A program made the translations under genes and the position numbers. The notes under the pieces are model-generated. The model made no database searches. It saw nothing but the letters and a program-made list of their open reading frames with translations, and was not told where the DNA came from. DNA of 30,000 nt from Azoarcus sp. Aa7 (GTDB lineage: Bacteria > Pseudomonadota > Gammaproteobacteria > Burkholderiales > Rhodocyclaceae): positions 101,401-131,400 of the forward strand of contig QVLR01000079.1 in assembly GCA_014822185.1 (NCBI GenBank). Reading direction: 5' to 3'. Below are positions 23,091 through 30,000 of the stretch, piece by piece. Each line of letters starts with the position of its first letter. The first letter of the stretch is position 1.

Positions 23091-25349
23091 TCAGCTGATG
23101 AGGAAGTCCGACGCCGACAGCGAGGATGCATCCGACAGCGTGGCGAACTGCACCATCGCACCCGCGCCGCTGCCGTCCTGGTCGTAGTACAGAGCTCCGC
23201 TGTTACTGTCGTAGATCAGGAAGTCGTTCGCATCGGCAGCGCCCGTCGTGGTGACGCCGTCAATGGTGATGAACGACTGGCCGAGATTCGCGCCGGAGAG
23301 CGAACCGAAGACCGACGTCGCCAACTGGATCTTGTCCGCGCCCGACATGAAGTCGCTCAGCGTGTCCACGTTGCTCACCCCGTTGAGCGCGTCGTCGAAG
23401 CGGAAGACGTCCGACCCGGCGCCGCCCGTCAGCACGTTGCTGCCGGCGTTGCCGTTGATCACGTTGTTGAGGGCGTTGCCGGTGGCCGCGACGTTGGCCG
23501 CACCCGACAGGGTCAGGTTCTCGACGTTGGCGCCGAGGGTGTAGCTGACGGTCGAGATCGCGGTGTCGTTGCCTTGGCCGGCCCCTTCGATGACGACGTC
23601 GCCGGCGTTGTCGACGTAGTACGTGTCGTCGCCGTTGACGCCGGACATCGTGTCGGCGCCCGCACCGCCGTTGAGGGTGTCGTTATACCAATACCCGCCG
23701 GTCACCGTCAGCTGGTTGTCGAGGGCGTTGCCCGTGGCGTTGACCGAACCGTAGGCGCTGAGGAATTCGAGGTTCTCGATGTTGTCGCCCAGCGCGTAGG
23801 TGTTCAGCGTCGTGACCACCTTGTCGGTGCCCTCGTTTGCGAACTCGATGACCTTGTCGCCGGCGTTGTCGACGTAGAACGTGTCGTTGCCAGTGCCGCC
23901 CAGCATCGTGTCGCCGCTTGCCAGGCCGTCGATCGTGTCGTTGCCGGCACCGCCCGCGAGCAGGTCGGCTGCCGAGGTGCCCACGATGTAATTGTCGTTG
24001 GCATCGCCGCGCTGGTTCGCGACGATTTCAGACGTGGTGCTCGTCACGCTCTCCTGCGTGCCGAAGCCGTCGGTGTAGCTCACCGCCACGCGGTAGTACT
24101 GGCCGACATTGGCGGAGGTGAGGGCGAGGCTCGACCCCGTCGCGCCGGCGACGGTCGCCCACGTTGCGCCGTCCGTCGAAACTTCCCACTGGTAGCTCAG
24201 CGTTCCGAGGCCGTCGGCGTCGGCGAGGTTGGTGGTGTTGGCGGTCAGGGTCTGGTTCTGCGCGGCCAGGCCGTCGATGGCGACGACGCCGGTCGGGGTG
24301 CTGTTGACGTTGATGACCGCGGTGGTCGGCTCGCTCGAGATCTGCTCGAGCGTCCCGAAACCGTCGGTGTAGCTGGCGGTGACGGTGATCACCTTGCCGA
24401 CCTGCGCCTGGCCGATGACGAAGGAGTCGCCCGTCGCGCCGTCGATGGCGACGCCGTCGGCGCTCCACTGGTAGCTGATGGTGCCCAGGCCGTCGGCGTC
24501 GAACAGGGTGTTGGTGGCGGTCAGGGTGCTGCCGCGTGCGGCTTCGCCGGTGATGATGACTTCGCCGTCGGCGAGGTTGTTCGTGCCCAGGTTCATCGCG
24601 AGGTCGGCGAACACGAGACGCTCGACGCCGGTCAGGGTGTCCGTGCCGTCGCTGCCGCCCGCGGTGTTGACGATGGTGTAGGTGCCCGTGCCCGTTTGGG
24701 TGATGGTGTAGTCGAAGCGATTGCCGGTAAGGATGGCGGTGTCGGTGCCGGCGCCGCCGTCCAGGATGTCGTTGCCGCTTTCGCCCTGCAGGATGTCGTC
24801 GCCGCCGCCCCCGCGCAGGGTGTCGTTGCCCAGACCGCCGTAGAGCGTGTCGTTGCCGAGGCCGCCGTCGAGGGTGTTCGCGACGTCGTTGCCCTTGAGG
24901 ATGTTCGCGAGGTCGTTGCCGGTACCGCTCGTCGCCGTGCCGGTCAGGGTGAGGTTCTCGATGAACTTGCGATCCGCGCTGCCTGCGAGACTGTAGTTGA
25001 CCGAGCTGATGACCGTGTCGGTGCCCTGGTTTGCCGTGGTCGCTTCGTAAACCAGGTCGGTCGATGAGTCGACGAAGTAAGTGTCGTTTCCGTTCCCGCC
25101 GTACATCGAGTCGCTGCCGGTGCCGCCCACCAGGGTGTCGTCGCCGTAGCCGCCGTAGAGCTTGTCGTTGCCGGAGCCGCCGTCGAGATAGTCATTGCCG
25201 ATGTAGGTGGAATTGACGTCGTCGCCGTACAGGACGTCGTTGCCGCCGCCGCCCTGCAGTGTGTCGTTGCCTTGCAGCCCCTTCAGCGTATCTGCTGCGT
25301 TGGTGCCGTTGATGATGTCATTACCGATCGTGCCGTTCTTGCTGGCCAT
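23091..25349 (-). CDS. RTX-type calcium-binding repeat protein, probable type I secretion substrate, with two internal tandem repeats of about 92 aa
   Basis: 752 aa. Many GGxGxD nonapeptides ([36 protein letters not shown]...). Tandem repeats at aa 262-445 (nt 24015-24566) share ...TLTA.T..L.DADGLGT.SYQW......ATG.S......VG....[10 protein letters not shown]...S. The acidic Gly-rich C-terminus ([20 protein letters not shown]...DFLIS) is typical of T1SS C-terminal targeting domains. Confidence 0.9.
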   Translation of the reverse strand: MASKNGTIGNDIINGTNAADTLKGLQGNDTLQGGGGNDVLYGDDVNSTYIGNDYLDGGSGNDKLYGGYGDDTLVGGTGSDSMYGGNGNDTYFVDSSTDLVYEATTANQGTDTVISSVNYSLAGSADRKFIENLTLTGTATSGTGNDLANILKGNDVANTLDGGLGNDTLYGGLGNDTLRGGGGDDILQGESGNDILDGGAGTDTAILTGNRFDYTITQTGTGTYTIVNTAGGSDGTDTLTGVERLVFADLAMNLGTNNLADGEVIITGEAARGSTLTATNTLFDADGLGTISYQWSADGVAIDGATGDSFVIGQAQVGKVITVTASYTDGFGTLEQISSEPTTAVINVNSTPTGVVAIDGLAAQNQTLTANTTNLADADGLGTLSYQWEVSTDGATWATVAGATGSSLALTSANVGQYYRVAVSYTDGFGTQESVTSTTSEIVANQRGDANDNYIVGTSAADLLAGGAGNDTIDGLASGDTMLGGTGNDTFYVDNAGDKVIEFANEGTDKVVTTLNTYALGDNIENLEFLSAYGSVNATGNALDNQLTVTGGYWYNDTLNGGAGADTMSGVNGDDTYYVDNAGDVVIEGAGQGNDTAISTVSYTLGANVENLTLSGAANVAATGNALNNVINGNAGSNVLTGGAGSDVFRFDDALNGVSNVDTLSDFMSGADKIQLATSVFGSLSGANLGQSFITIDGVTTTGAADANDFLIYDSNSGALYYDQDGSGAGAMVQFATLSDASSLSASDFLIS

Positions 25350-25643
25350 GCTTTCGAGTCCTTTTCGAAGGTTAATGATGCAATGGTGTGAGCGCGACTG
25401 GGCGGCCGATCGAAACCGCCGGATGCGGCAGCGATCAGCCGGGACTACGGGACAGGCTCAGGGGACGGGCCTCCGGACGCACGCGGTGGATGGCGTAAGG
25501 CCACGCAAGCGGCAGGATGCCAACCCTGACAGCGATCGGATCCGGACCCGAGGTGGCAACGCACCGCCCCCCGAGGCGCCCCACGTCTGGTGTCTTCTTA
25601 TCGTGCTGATTCAGTCACTGTTGGAGGTGCTGAAAGTCGGTGG

Positions 25644-25672
25644 ATATTACGCAATGCGACTTTAAATGACAA
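25644..25672 (-). promoter_or_regulatory. Candidate sigma70 promoter TTGTCA-N17-TAATAT (minus strand) for the RTX gene
   Basis: Read from the reverse complement: -35 at 25672..25667, a 17-nt spacer, -10 at 25649..25644. Implies a leader of about 290 nt to the ATG at 25349. Confidence 0.4.
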
Positions 25673-25779
25673 ATGTGTTTGCCGATGTCGTATGCGGAAG
25701 AGCTTTGCGACTTTTGATGGTCAGTACGGATGCATCGACGGAATGCGTCCGAATTTGCCGCATCATCGACGTGCCGGTG

Positions 25780-26145
25780 ATCCGGCATGGCGGCACGCGT
25801 CGTTGCCGAGCGCGGCATTCCGCTGCGATGTCGGGGGCAGTAGTGGGTCGTCCTGCTTCGGGGCCGCATCGAACTGCGCATTGCTCGCGTTGGTGAAGCG
25901 GCCGCCGTAATTGAAGGGGCCGCAGCAGCAGAACAGCGCCCCAAGCGTCATGAGGTGGGGAGCAGGGCGAAGATGCGTTCGACTTCGGGTCAGATCACAA
26001 GATGTGCAGAGCGATGGCGCTTAAGACGTCGTCATGGCGCAGGGGCGATGCGGGGGCGCGCTGACGTTCAGTGTGACGGGTTCGGGCGTGTTGGGCAGTC
26101 GCCCTTCATCCTGCCTCAGGTGGATTCCGGGCAGGTGCTGTGGAT
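25780..26145 (-). pseudogene. Decayed partial duplicate of the 3' two-thirds of the DUF938 methyltransferase gene (paralogous to about 26540-26895)
   Basis: Nucleotide similarity is visible by eye, e.g. GTCGTCCTG..TCGAACTGCGCATTGCTCGCG...GCGGCCGCCGTA.TTGAA.GGGCC..AGCAGCAGAACAGCGC in both copies. The fragment translates as MTLGALFCCCGPFNYGGRFTNASNAQFDAAPKQDDP, against MTSDALFCCYGPFNYGGRFSSASNAQFDAALKQDDP in the intact gene, then loses frame. The upstream part carries indels and a stop. Confidence 0.7.
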
Positions 26146-26239
26146 CAGGTATTCAAAGTACTGCATCGGACCGAGGTCCTGACGGGACTGCAGGCATTGA
26201 CTGAGGCGAAAATCGCGCAAGCTTTGCCCGCACGTCCGC

Positions 26240-26365
26240 TCAATGGGGAATCAGTGGCACATGATCGTTGACGTGCTTCCTGGCGTGTTTCGCTTCCCGT
26301 TTTTCCTTGGCGGTCAAGAGAGGTTGTTTCTTCTCTTCCTTGTTGCCCTGTCGTTGTTTGCCCAT
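26240..26365 (-). CDS. Small basic hypothetical protein (41 aa, Lys/Arg-rich)
   Basis: MGKQRQGNKEEKKQPLLTAKEKREAKHARKHVNDHVPLIPH. A consensus AAGGAG RBS lies 7 nt upstream of ATG 26365, and a TATACT -10-like hexamer (minus, 26416..26411) lies upstream. The longer 96-aa version in the track is unlikely. No family recognised. Confidence 0.45.
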   Translation of the reverse strand: MGKQRQGNKEEKKQPLLTAKEKREAKHARKHVNDHVPLIPH

Positions 26366-26471
26366 GATCTTGCTCCTTCGAAGCACCGACGAGAGCGTCG
26401 ATACCAATTCAGTATAGGCTGATTCGCAATCGGGTGATGTCGGCGATGGCGCGAGGGCCGGTCGATCGTCC

Positions 26472-27116
26472 TCATGCGTCGGCGACACGTCGCCAGGTAA
26501 TGCAGCGGTTGTTCGCCGGCATTTCAGCATCTTCGATCAAGGCGAGTCCCGCGTTGTGCGCCAGGGCATCGACGGCCTCGATGTCGCGGATGCCGCGTCG
26601 CGGGTCGTCCTGTTTCAGGGCGGCGTCGAACTGCGCATTGCTCGCGCTGCTAAAGCGGCCGCCGTAGTTGAACGGGCCGTAGCAGCAGAACAGCGCATCC
26701 GACGTCATGAGGGCGGGGAGCAGGGCGAAGAGGCGCTCGACCTCGGGCCAGCTCATGATGTGCAGGGTGTTGGCGCTGAAGACCGCGTCATAGTGCGCGG
26801 GCAGCGCCGGGGGCGCGTTGACGTCCAGCGCCAGGGGTTCGGGCGTGTTGGGCAGCCGTGCTTCATTCAGCCACAGGCGGATACCGGGCAGATACTGCGG
26901 CCGGTCGGATGTTTGCCAGATCAGGTGAGGCAGGGCAGCGGCGAAGTGCACGGCGTGCTGGCCGGTTCCGCTGCCGATCTCGAGAACATGATGGCGGTCG
27001 GCGAAGTGCCGTCGCAGCACGGTGAGGATGGGCTCGCGGTTACGTTCCGTGGCCGGTGCGTGAGGTTTTTCCATCGTCGTGGCGGCGGTCCATGCAAATG
27101 ATGCTGTCGGCGTCAT
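26472..27116 (-). CDS. DUF938-family SAM-dependent methyltransferase-like protein
   Basis: Core: APATERNREPILTVL...VLEIGSGTGQHAVHFAAALPHLIWQTSD. The ATG at 27116 overlaps the upstream gene's TGA (ATGA, 27113-27116), suggesting coupling. An alternative start is ATG 27074 (MEKPHAP). Confidence 0.8.
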   Translation of the reverse strand: MTPTASFAWTAATTMEKPHAPATERNREPILTVLRRHFADRHHVLEIGSGTGQHAVHFAAALPHLIWQTSDRPQYLPGIRLWLNEARLPNTPEPLALDVNAPPALPAHYDAVFSANTLHIMSWPEVERLFALLPALMTSDALFCCYGPFNYGGRFSSASNAQFDAALKQDDPRRGIRDIEAVDALAHNAGLALIEDAEMPANNRCITWRRVADA

Positions 27117-28273
27117 GCGGCGCCAGTTTCGGGTTTGCGAAACGGGAGATGGCTCCTCGCGTCGTCCTGCCAAGCGGCAACGCCCAGCTTCTGGCGTTCG
27201 AGATGCGGGGCAATCACGTGGCGCATTTCCGGATCGGGGATCCAGTGCGCCGAGCGGACGATCTGCGGCATGAAGCCGCGGGCGATCTTGTGTTCTCCGC
27301 CCGCCCCCGGCTCGAAGCGAGTCAGGCCGTGGCGCAGGCAGTAGTCGATGCCGCGATGGAAACACAGTTCGAAATGCAGGCTGTCGACCTGGCGTCGCGC
27401 GCCCCAGTAGCGGCCGAACAGGGTGTCGTCGCTGCGAAAGCACAGCGACAGCGCGACCGTTTCGTCGCCGTCGCAGGCTGTGAATACGACCATGCGATCA
27501 CCCAGCGTCGTCCCGAGTTCGGCGAAGCATTCCGGGCTGAAGGCGGCGTAATTGCCGAAGCGGTCGAAGGTCGACTTGTAGAGCGCGTGCAGGACCGGCC
27601 ATTCGTCCCTGCCGATCTCGTCGCCGTGCCGGACCGCGATGCGCAGCCCCGATTCGGCCGCGCGTCGTCGCTCGGCGCGTACCTTCCGCCGCTTTTCGGC
27701 CGAGAAGGACAGCAGGAAGCCGTCGAAATCGCCGAAGCCCGCGTCGGACCAGTGGTATTGCACGTCGTGGCTCACGAGCAGGCCTCTCGCCGTGACGGCG
27801 TCGATGTCCGCGGACGAGGCTAATGCGACGTGCCAGGTCGAAAAGCCGTTCTCGGCGACGATGCCCTGCGCGGCCGCGGTCAGCGCGTCGCACACCGCTG
27901 CGCGGTCGGCGGCCGCCGGCGCCACCAGGAGTCGGGGCCCGGCAACCGGCGTGTAGGGCAGTCCGGATACCAGGCGCGGGTAATAGCGGTGACCGAAGCG
28001 CTCCCACACCGGTTTCCAGCTCCAGTCGTAGATGAAGTCGCCGTGCGAGTGGCCCTTTAGATAGAGCGGGAGCAGGCCGACGATCGCGCCGTTTTCGCTC
28101 GCCACGAGGTGCAGGGGCTGCCAGCCGGCATCGGGCGCGGCGACGCCCCGTTCCTCGACGATGCGCAGGAAGTCGCCGTTCAGGAAGGGGTGTCCCGGTG
28201 CGCACAAGGCGGTCCAGGCGTCGCGGGGAATGTCGGCAGCGCCGTCGGCGATGCGGATCGTCAGCTTGCTCAT
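27113..28273 (-). CDS. DUF482 / FemAB-like GNAT-fold acyltransferase family protein
   Basis: Only the C-terminal 386 aa of track ORF 27113..29167 look like a protein, starting at ATG 28273 (MSKLTIRIADG). Family hallmarks: PFLNGDFLRIVEE, PLYLKGHSHGDFIYDWSW, YYPRLVSGLPYTPVAGPRLL, FEPGAGGEHKIARGF. Confidence 0.8.
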   Translation of the reverse strand: MSKLTIRIADGAADIPRDAWTALCAPGHPFLNGDFLRIVEERGVAAPDAGWQPLHLVASENGAIVGLLPLYLKGHSHGDFIYDWSWKPVWERFGHRYYPRLVSGLPYTPVAGPRLLVAPAAADRAAVCDALTAAAQGIVAENGFSTWHVALASSADIDAVTARGLLVSHDVQYHWSDAGFGDFDGFLLSFSAEKRRKVRAERRRAAESGLRIAVRHGDEIGRDEWPVLHALYKSTFDRFGNYAAFSPECFAELGTTLGDRMVVFTACDGDETVALSLCFRSDDTLFGRYWGARRQVDSLHFELCFHRGIDYCLRHGLTRFEPGAGGEHKIARGFMPQIVRSAHWIPDPEMRHVIAPHLERQKLGVAAWQDDARSHLPFRKPETGAA

Positions 28274-28468
28274 GCGTGAGGCTGCGGGAATGCAGGTGTG
28301 GGCGGGCCTGTTGGACAGCGGCACCGGCAATCGTTCCGGGCGCTGCGTGGTTCGAGCATACCGCGACTGGTGCGCAAGCGACCGCCGGGCCGATGGTGCG
28401 GCACTCGGGTGCCGGACACACGCTGCCTCCGATGCGCGTGCCGTGCCCCCTTGTCGTATGATCGGCTG

Positions 28469-29173
28469 ATGCAGATCTTCCGCGTCAGCCTGAACCGCCT
28501 CGTGCAGGAGTCTCACGACTTCGACGCCGTCGTTGCGATCGACGTGCTCCGTTCTTTTTCGACGGCGGCCTACGCCTTCGCGGCGGGGGCATCGGAGATC
28601 CATCCCGTCGGGACCGCCGCCGAGGCCGAACTGCTGCTCGATCAGCTGCCCGATGCACTGACCGTCGGGGCCTTGCCTGGCGGGCGTCCGATGCCCGGCT
28701 TCGACCTCGGGAATTCGCCCTCGCGCGTGCACGACCTGAACCTCGCCGGACGGCCCGTGATCCTGTCGACCGCGGCGGGCGTGCAGGCCCTGCTGCGCTT
28801 TCGCAGCGCACCACGCCTGTTTGCGGCGAGCCTCGTGTGTGCTGGCGCGACCTTGCGTGCGTTGCGTGCGGTTGCGCCAAGACGGGTCGCGCTGATCACG
28901 ACCGGCGAATGGATCGATCGCGATGGCGACGAGGACATCGCCTGCGCGGACTACCTCGCGGCCGGCCTGCAGGGCGAGTCGATCGACTGTGAAGCGCTGG
29001 CGCGGCGCGTGCGCGATTCCGACTTCGGCCGGCGCTTCGTCGCGGGCACGGACCCGGCACTTCCGCTGGCCGACCTGGAACTGTGTGCGCTGGTTGATCG
29101 CTTCGATTTTGCGATGCCGGTGACGCGGGGGCGCCACGGACTGGTGATGCGTCCGCTTCCCGACCACAGCTGA
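28469..29173 (+). CDS. 2-phosphosulfolactate phosphatase (ComB) family protein
   Basis: Start at ATG 28469 (MQIFRVSL). AIDVLRSFSTAAYAFAAGA ... GFDLGNSPS ... DEDIACADYL matches the ComB-family pattern. The true substrate is unknown. Confidence 0.75.
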   Translation: MQIFRVSLNRLVQESHDFDAVVAIDVLRSFSTAAYAFAAGASEIHPVGTAAEAELLLDQLPDALTVGALPGGRPMPGFDLGNSPSRVHDLNLAGRPVILSTAAGVQALLRFRSAPRLFAASLVCAGATLRALRAVAPRRVALITTGEWIDRDGDEDIACADYLAAGLQGESIDCEALARRVRDSDFGRRFVAGTDPALPLADLELCALVDRFDFAMPVTRGRHGLVMRPLPDHS

Positions 29174-29236
29174 GTAGGTGCGCCGGGCGGTTGCTTTACG
29201 TGGCGACCGCGCCCCCGGATGTGTGCGACCGCGGCC

Positions 29237-29440
29237 CTATTGCCCGCGCTTGCGCCGCACGGTCACGCTCTCGCCGGCGATTCCCCAATTGTCCGTATCG
29301 ACCTCGTCGATGACCACGACCGTGGTTTGGGGATTCTTGCCGAGAACATCCCGCAGCAGGCGCGTGACGCCGCTGATCAGTTCGGCTTTCTGGTCGGGCG
29401 TTGCGCCCTCGCGGGTGATCTTGATGTTTACGTAGGGCAT
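29237..29440 (-). CDS. 4-oxalocrotonate tautomerase family protein
   Basis: 67 aa. MPYVNIKITREGATPDQKAELISGVTRLL...VVVIDEVDTDNWGIAGE, with the catalytic Pro1 after Met. Confidence 0.85.
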   Translation of the reverse strand: MPYVNIKITREGATPDQKAELISGVTRLLRDVLGKNPQTTVVVIDEVDTDNWGIAGESVTVRRKRGQ

Positions 29441-29685
29441 GTCTGGTTACTGGCGTCGTCGATCCGGATCCGAGCGTATCAATGCTCTTGCGTCATGGAC
29501 AATGAAAACTGGAGAACGGAATCATCGCGATTGGAGATGGTGGCGTCGGTTTTCCCGCTCTCGTTTCGCCAGTTTCGGAAATTCTGTATTAGTGACTATG
29601 GCCAAAAATTGGCAATGTCATTAAAAAATGCGCATGTGCTATTCTCCGCCGCTTCCTATAACAGCACTCTTGCGAGGCGCATGGC

Positions 29686-30000
29686 ATGGCGATAATCAAT
29701 GGATCTTCCTACAACGACTGGCTCATCGGGACTGCGGAGAACGACACGATCGACGGCGGCGCCGGTGACGACGAATTGGTCGGCATGGATGGCGCGGACA
29801 CCTATGTGATGTCGAGCGGCGGCGGAAACGACCGGGTGGTCGACTACGGTGCGCCGTGGGACGTGGACACGGTGTCGGTGCAGGGCCTCGACGCCTCGCA
29901 GGTGCGGCTGGCCGTCGACATGGCGACGGGCGACCTGCTGATCCGCGCGGCCAGCGGCGAGGAGATGCGCATCGTCGGCCAGAACACCGGGACGGGCATC
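29686..30000 (+). CDS. Second RTX-type calcium-binding repeat protein, 5' part (runs off window)
   Basis: Not in the track (no stop). My translation from ATG 29686: MAIINGSSYNDWLIGTAENDTIDGGAGDDELVGMDGADTYVMSSGGGNDRVVDYG..., containing GGxGxD repeats. An extended -10-like TGCTATTCT sits at 29637-29645. Confidence 0.75.
   Translation, partial: MAIINGSSYNDWLIGTAENDTIDGGAGDDELVGMDGADTYVMSSGGGNDRVVDYGAPWDVDTVSVQGLDASQVRLAVDMATGDLLIRAASGEEMRIVGQNTGTGI

Noticed and set aside
22953-25067. 704-aa plus-strand ORF overlapping the RTX gene
   Set aside because: It is antisense to the RTX protein, whose GGxGxD repeats are unmistakable. The translation is a monotonous V/G/A/D/R repeat produced by reading the Gly/Asp codon repeats backwards.
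28274-29167. N-terminal 298 codons of track ORF 27113..29167 (684 aa)
   Set aside because: The upstream part is Arg/His/Gln-rich junk and is antisense to the ComB-like gene. Family-typical sequence starts at MSKLTIRIADG (ATG 28273). Similar 5' extensions were trimmed for 4102, 4857, 7316, 11256, 14494-15333, 15254-16153, 16347, 18024, 26472-27443 and 28298.
29599-29614. Sigma54-like TGGCC-aaaaa-TTGGCA upstream of the second RTX gene
   Set aside because: The GG/GC spacing is right, but the -12 element reads TGGC instead of TTGC and -24 lacks the conserved CAC. No enhancer-binding-protein gene is nearby. The extended -10 TGCTATTCT (29637-29645) is an equally weak alternative, so no promoter is called.
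1-30000. Genomic-island or mobile-element status, CRISPR arrays, tRNA/rRNA genes, phage defence systems
   Set aside because: I found no transposase, integrase, recombinase, direct-repeat/spacer array, tRNA-like cloverleaf region or nuclease/ATPase defence-type genes. Apart from AT-rich promoter patches the composition looks uniform, so the region reads as ordinary, if accessory-flavoured, chromosome.

Overview
Visibly GC-rich, gene-dense proteobacterial chromosomal DNA. Gene content and repeat style suggest a betaproteobacterium, but that is inference only. All calls come from reading the supplied translations and the raw sequence, with no database search, so family assignments rest on recognised motifs. 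I support about 33 CDS, 1 pseudogene fragment, 4 REP-like palindromic repeats, 2 good intrinsic terminators and several promoter or operator candidates.

Layout:
(1) 1-3161: the 5' part of an Xre/DUF2384 antitoxin (the RES-type toxin would lie off-window), a DHH/DHHA1 phosphoesterase, a class I/II aminotransferase and a divergent MarR.
(2) 3218-21957: a large catabolic region bracketed by and containing two IclR regulators. It holds a complete quinate/shikimate-to-protocatechuate enzyme set. This comprises a shikimate-DH-family protein, type I AroD, and a QsuB/QuiC1-type dehydroshikimate dehydratase split into two genes in permuted order. Embedded in it are a family-III CoA-transferase, a short citrate-synthase-like lyase and a ThDP enzyme. 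Four membrane transporters follow (TSUP, AEC, and a pair of short CHR proteins), then a second TIM-barrel enzyme, and an acyl-CoA dehydrogenase / YdiF-type CoA-transferase / EtfBA block.
(3) 22050-30000: an EamA transporter, a 752-aa RTX/T1SS-type repeat protein, a decayed partial duplicate of a DUF938 gene, a small basic ORF, a DUF938/DUF482 (FemAB-like) pair, a ComB-like phosphatase, a 4-OT tautomerase and the start of a second RTX protein.

Most interesting:
- The hydroaromatic genes are physically and apparently regulatorily linked to CoA-thioester/ETF enzymes. GAAC-N3-GTTC boxes sit at the same position in three to four promoters.
- This reproduces the unexplained E. coli ydiB-aroD-ydiF-ydiO-ydiQR gene association.
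- It suggests an undescribed CoA-dependent route for quinate/shikimate-like ring acids.

No rRNA, tRNA, CRISPR, transposase or integrase was found.
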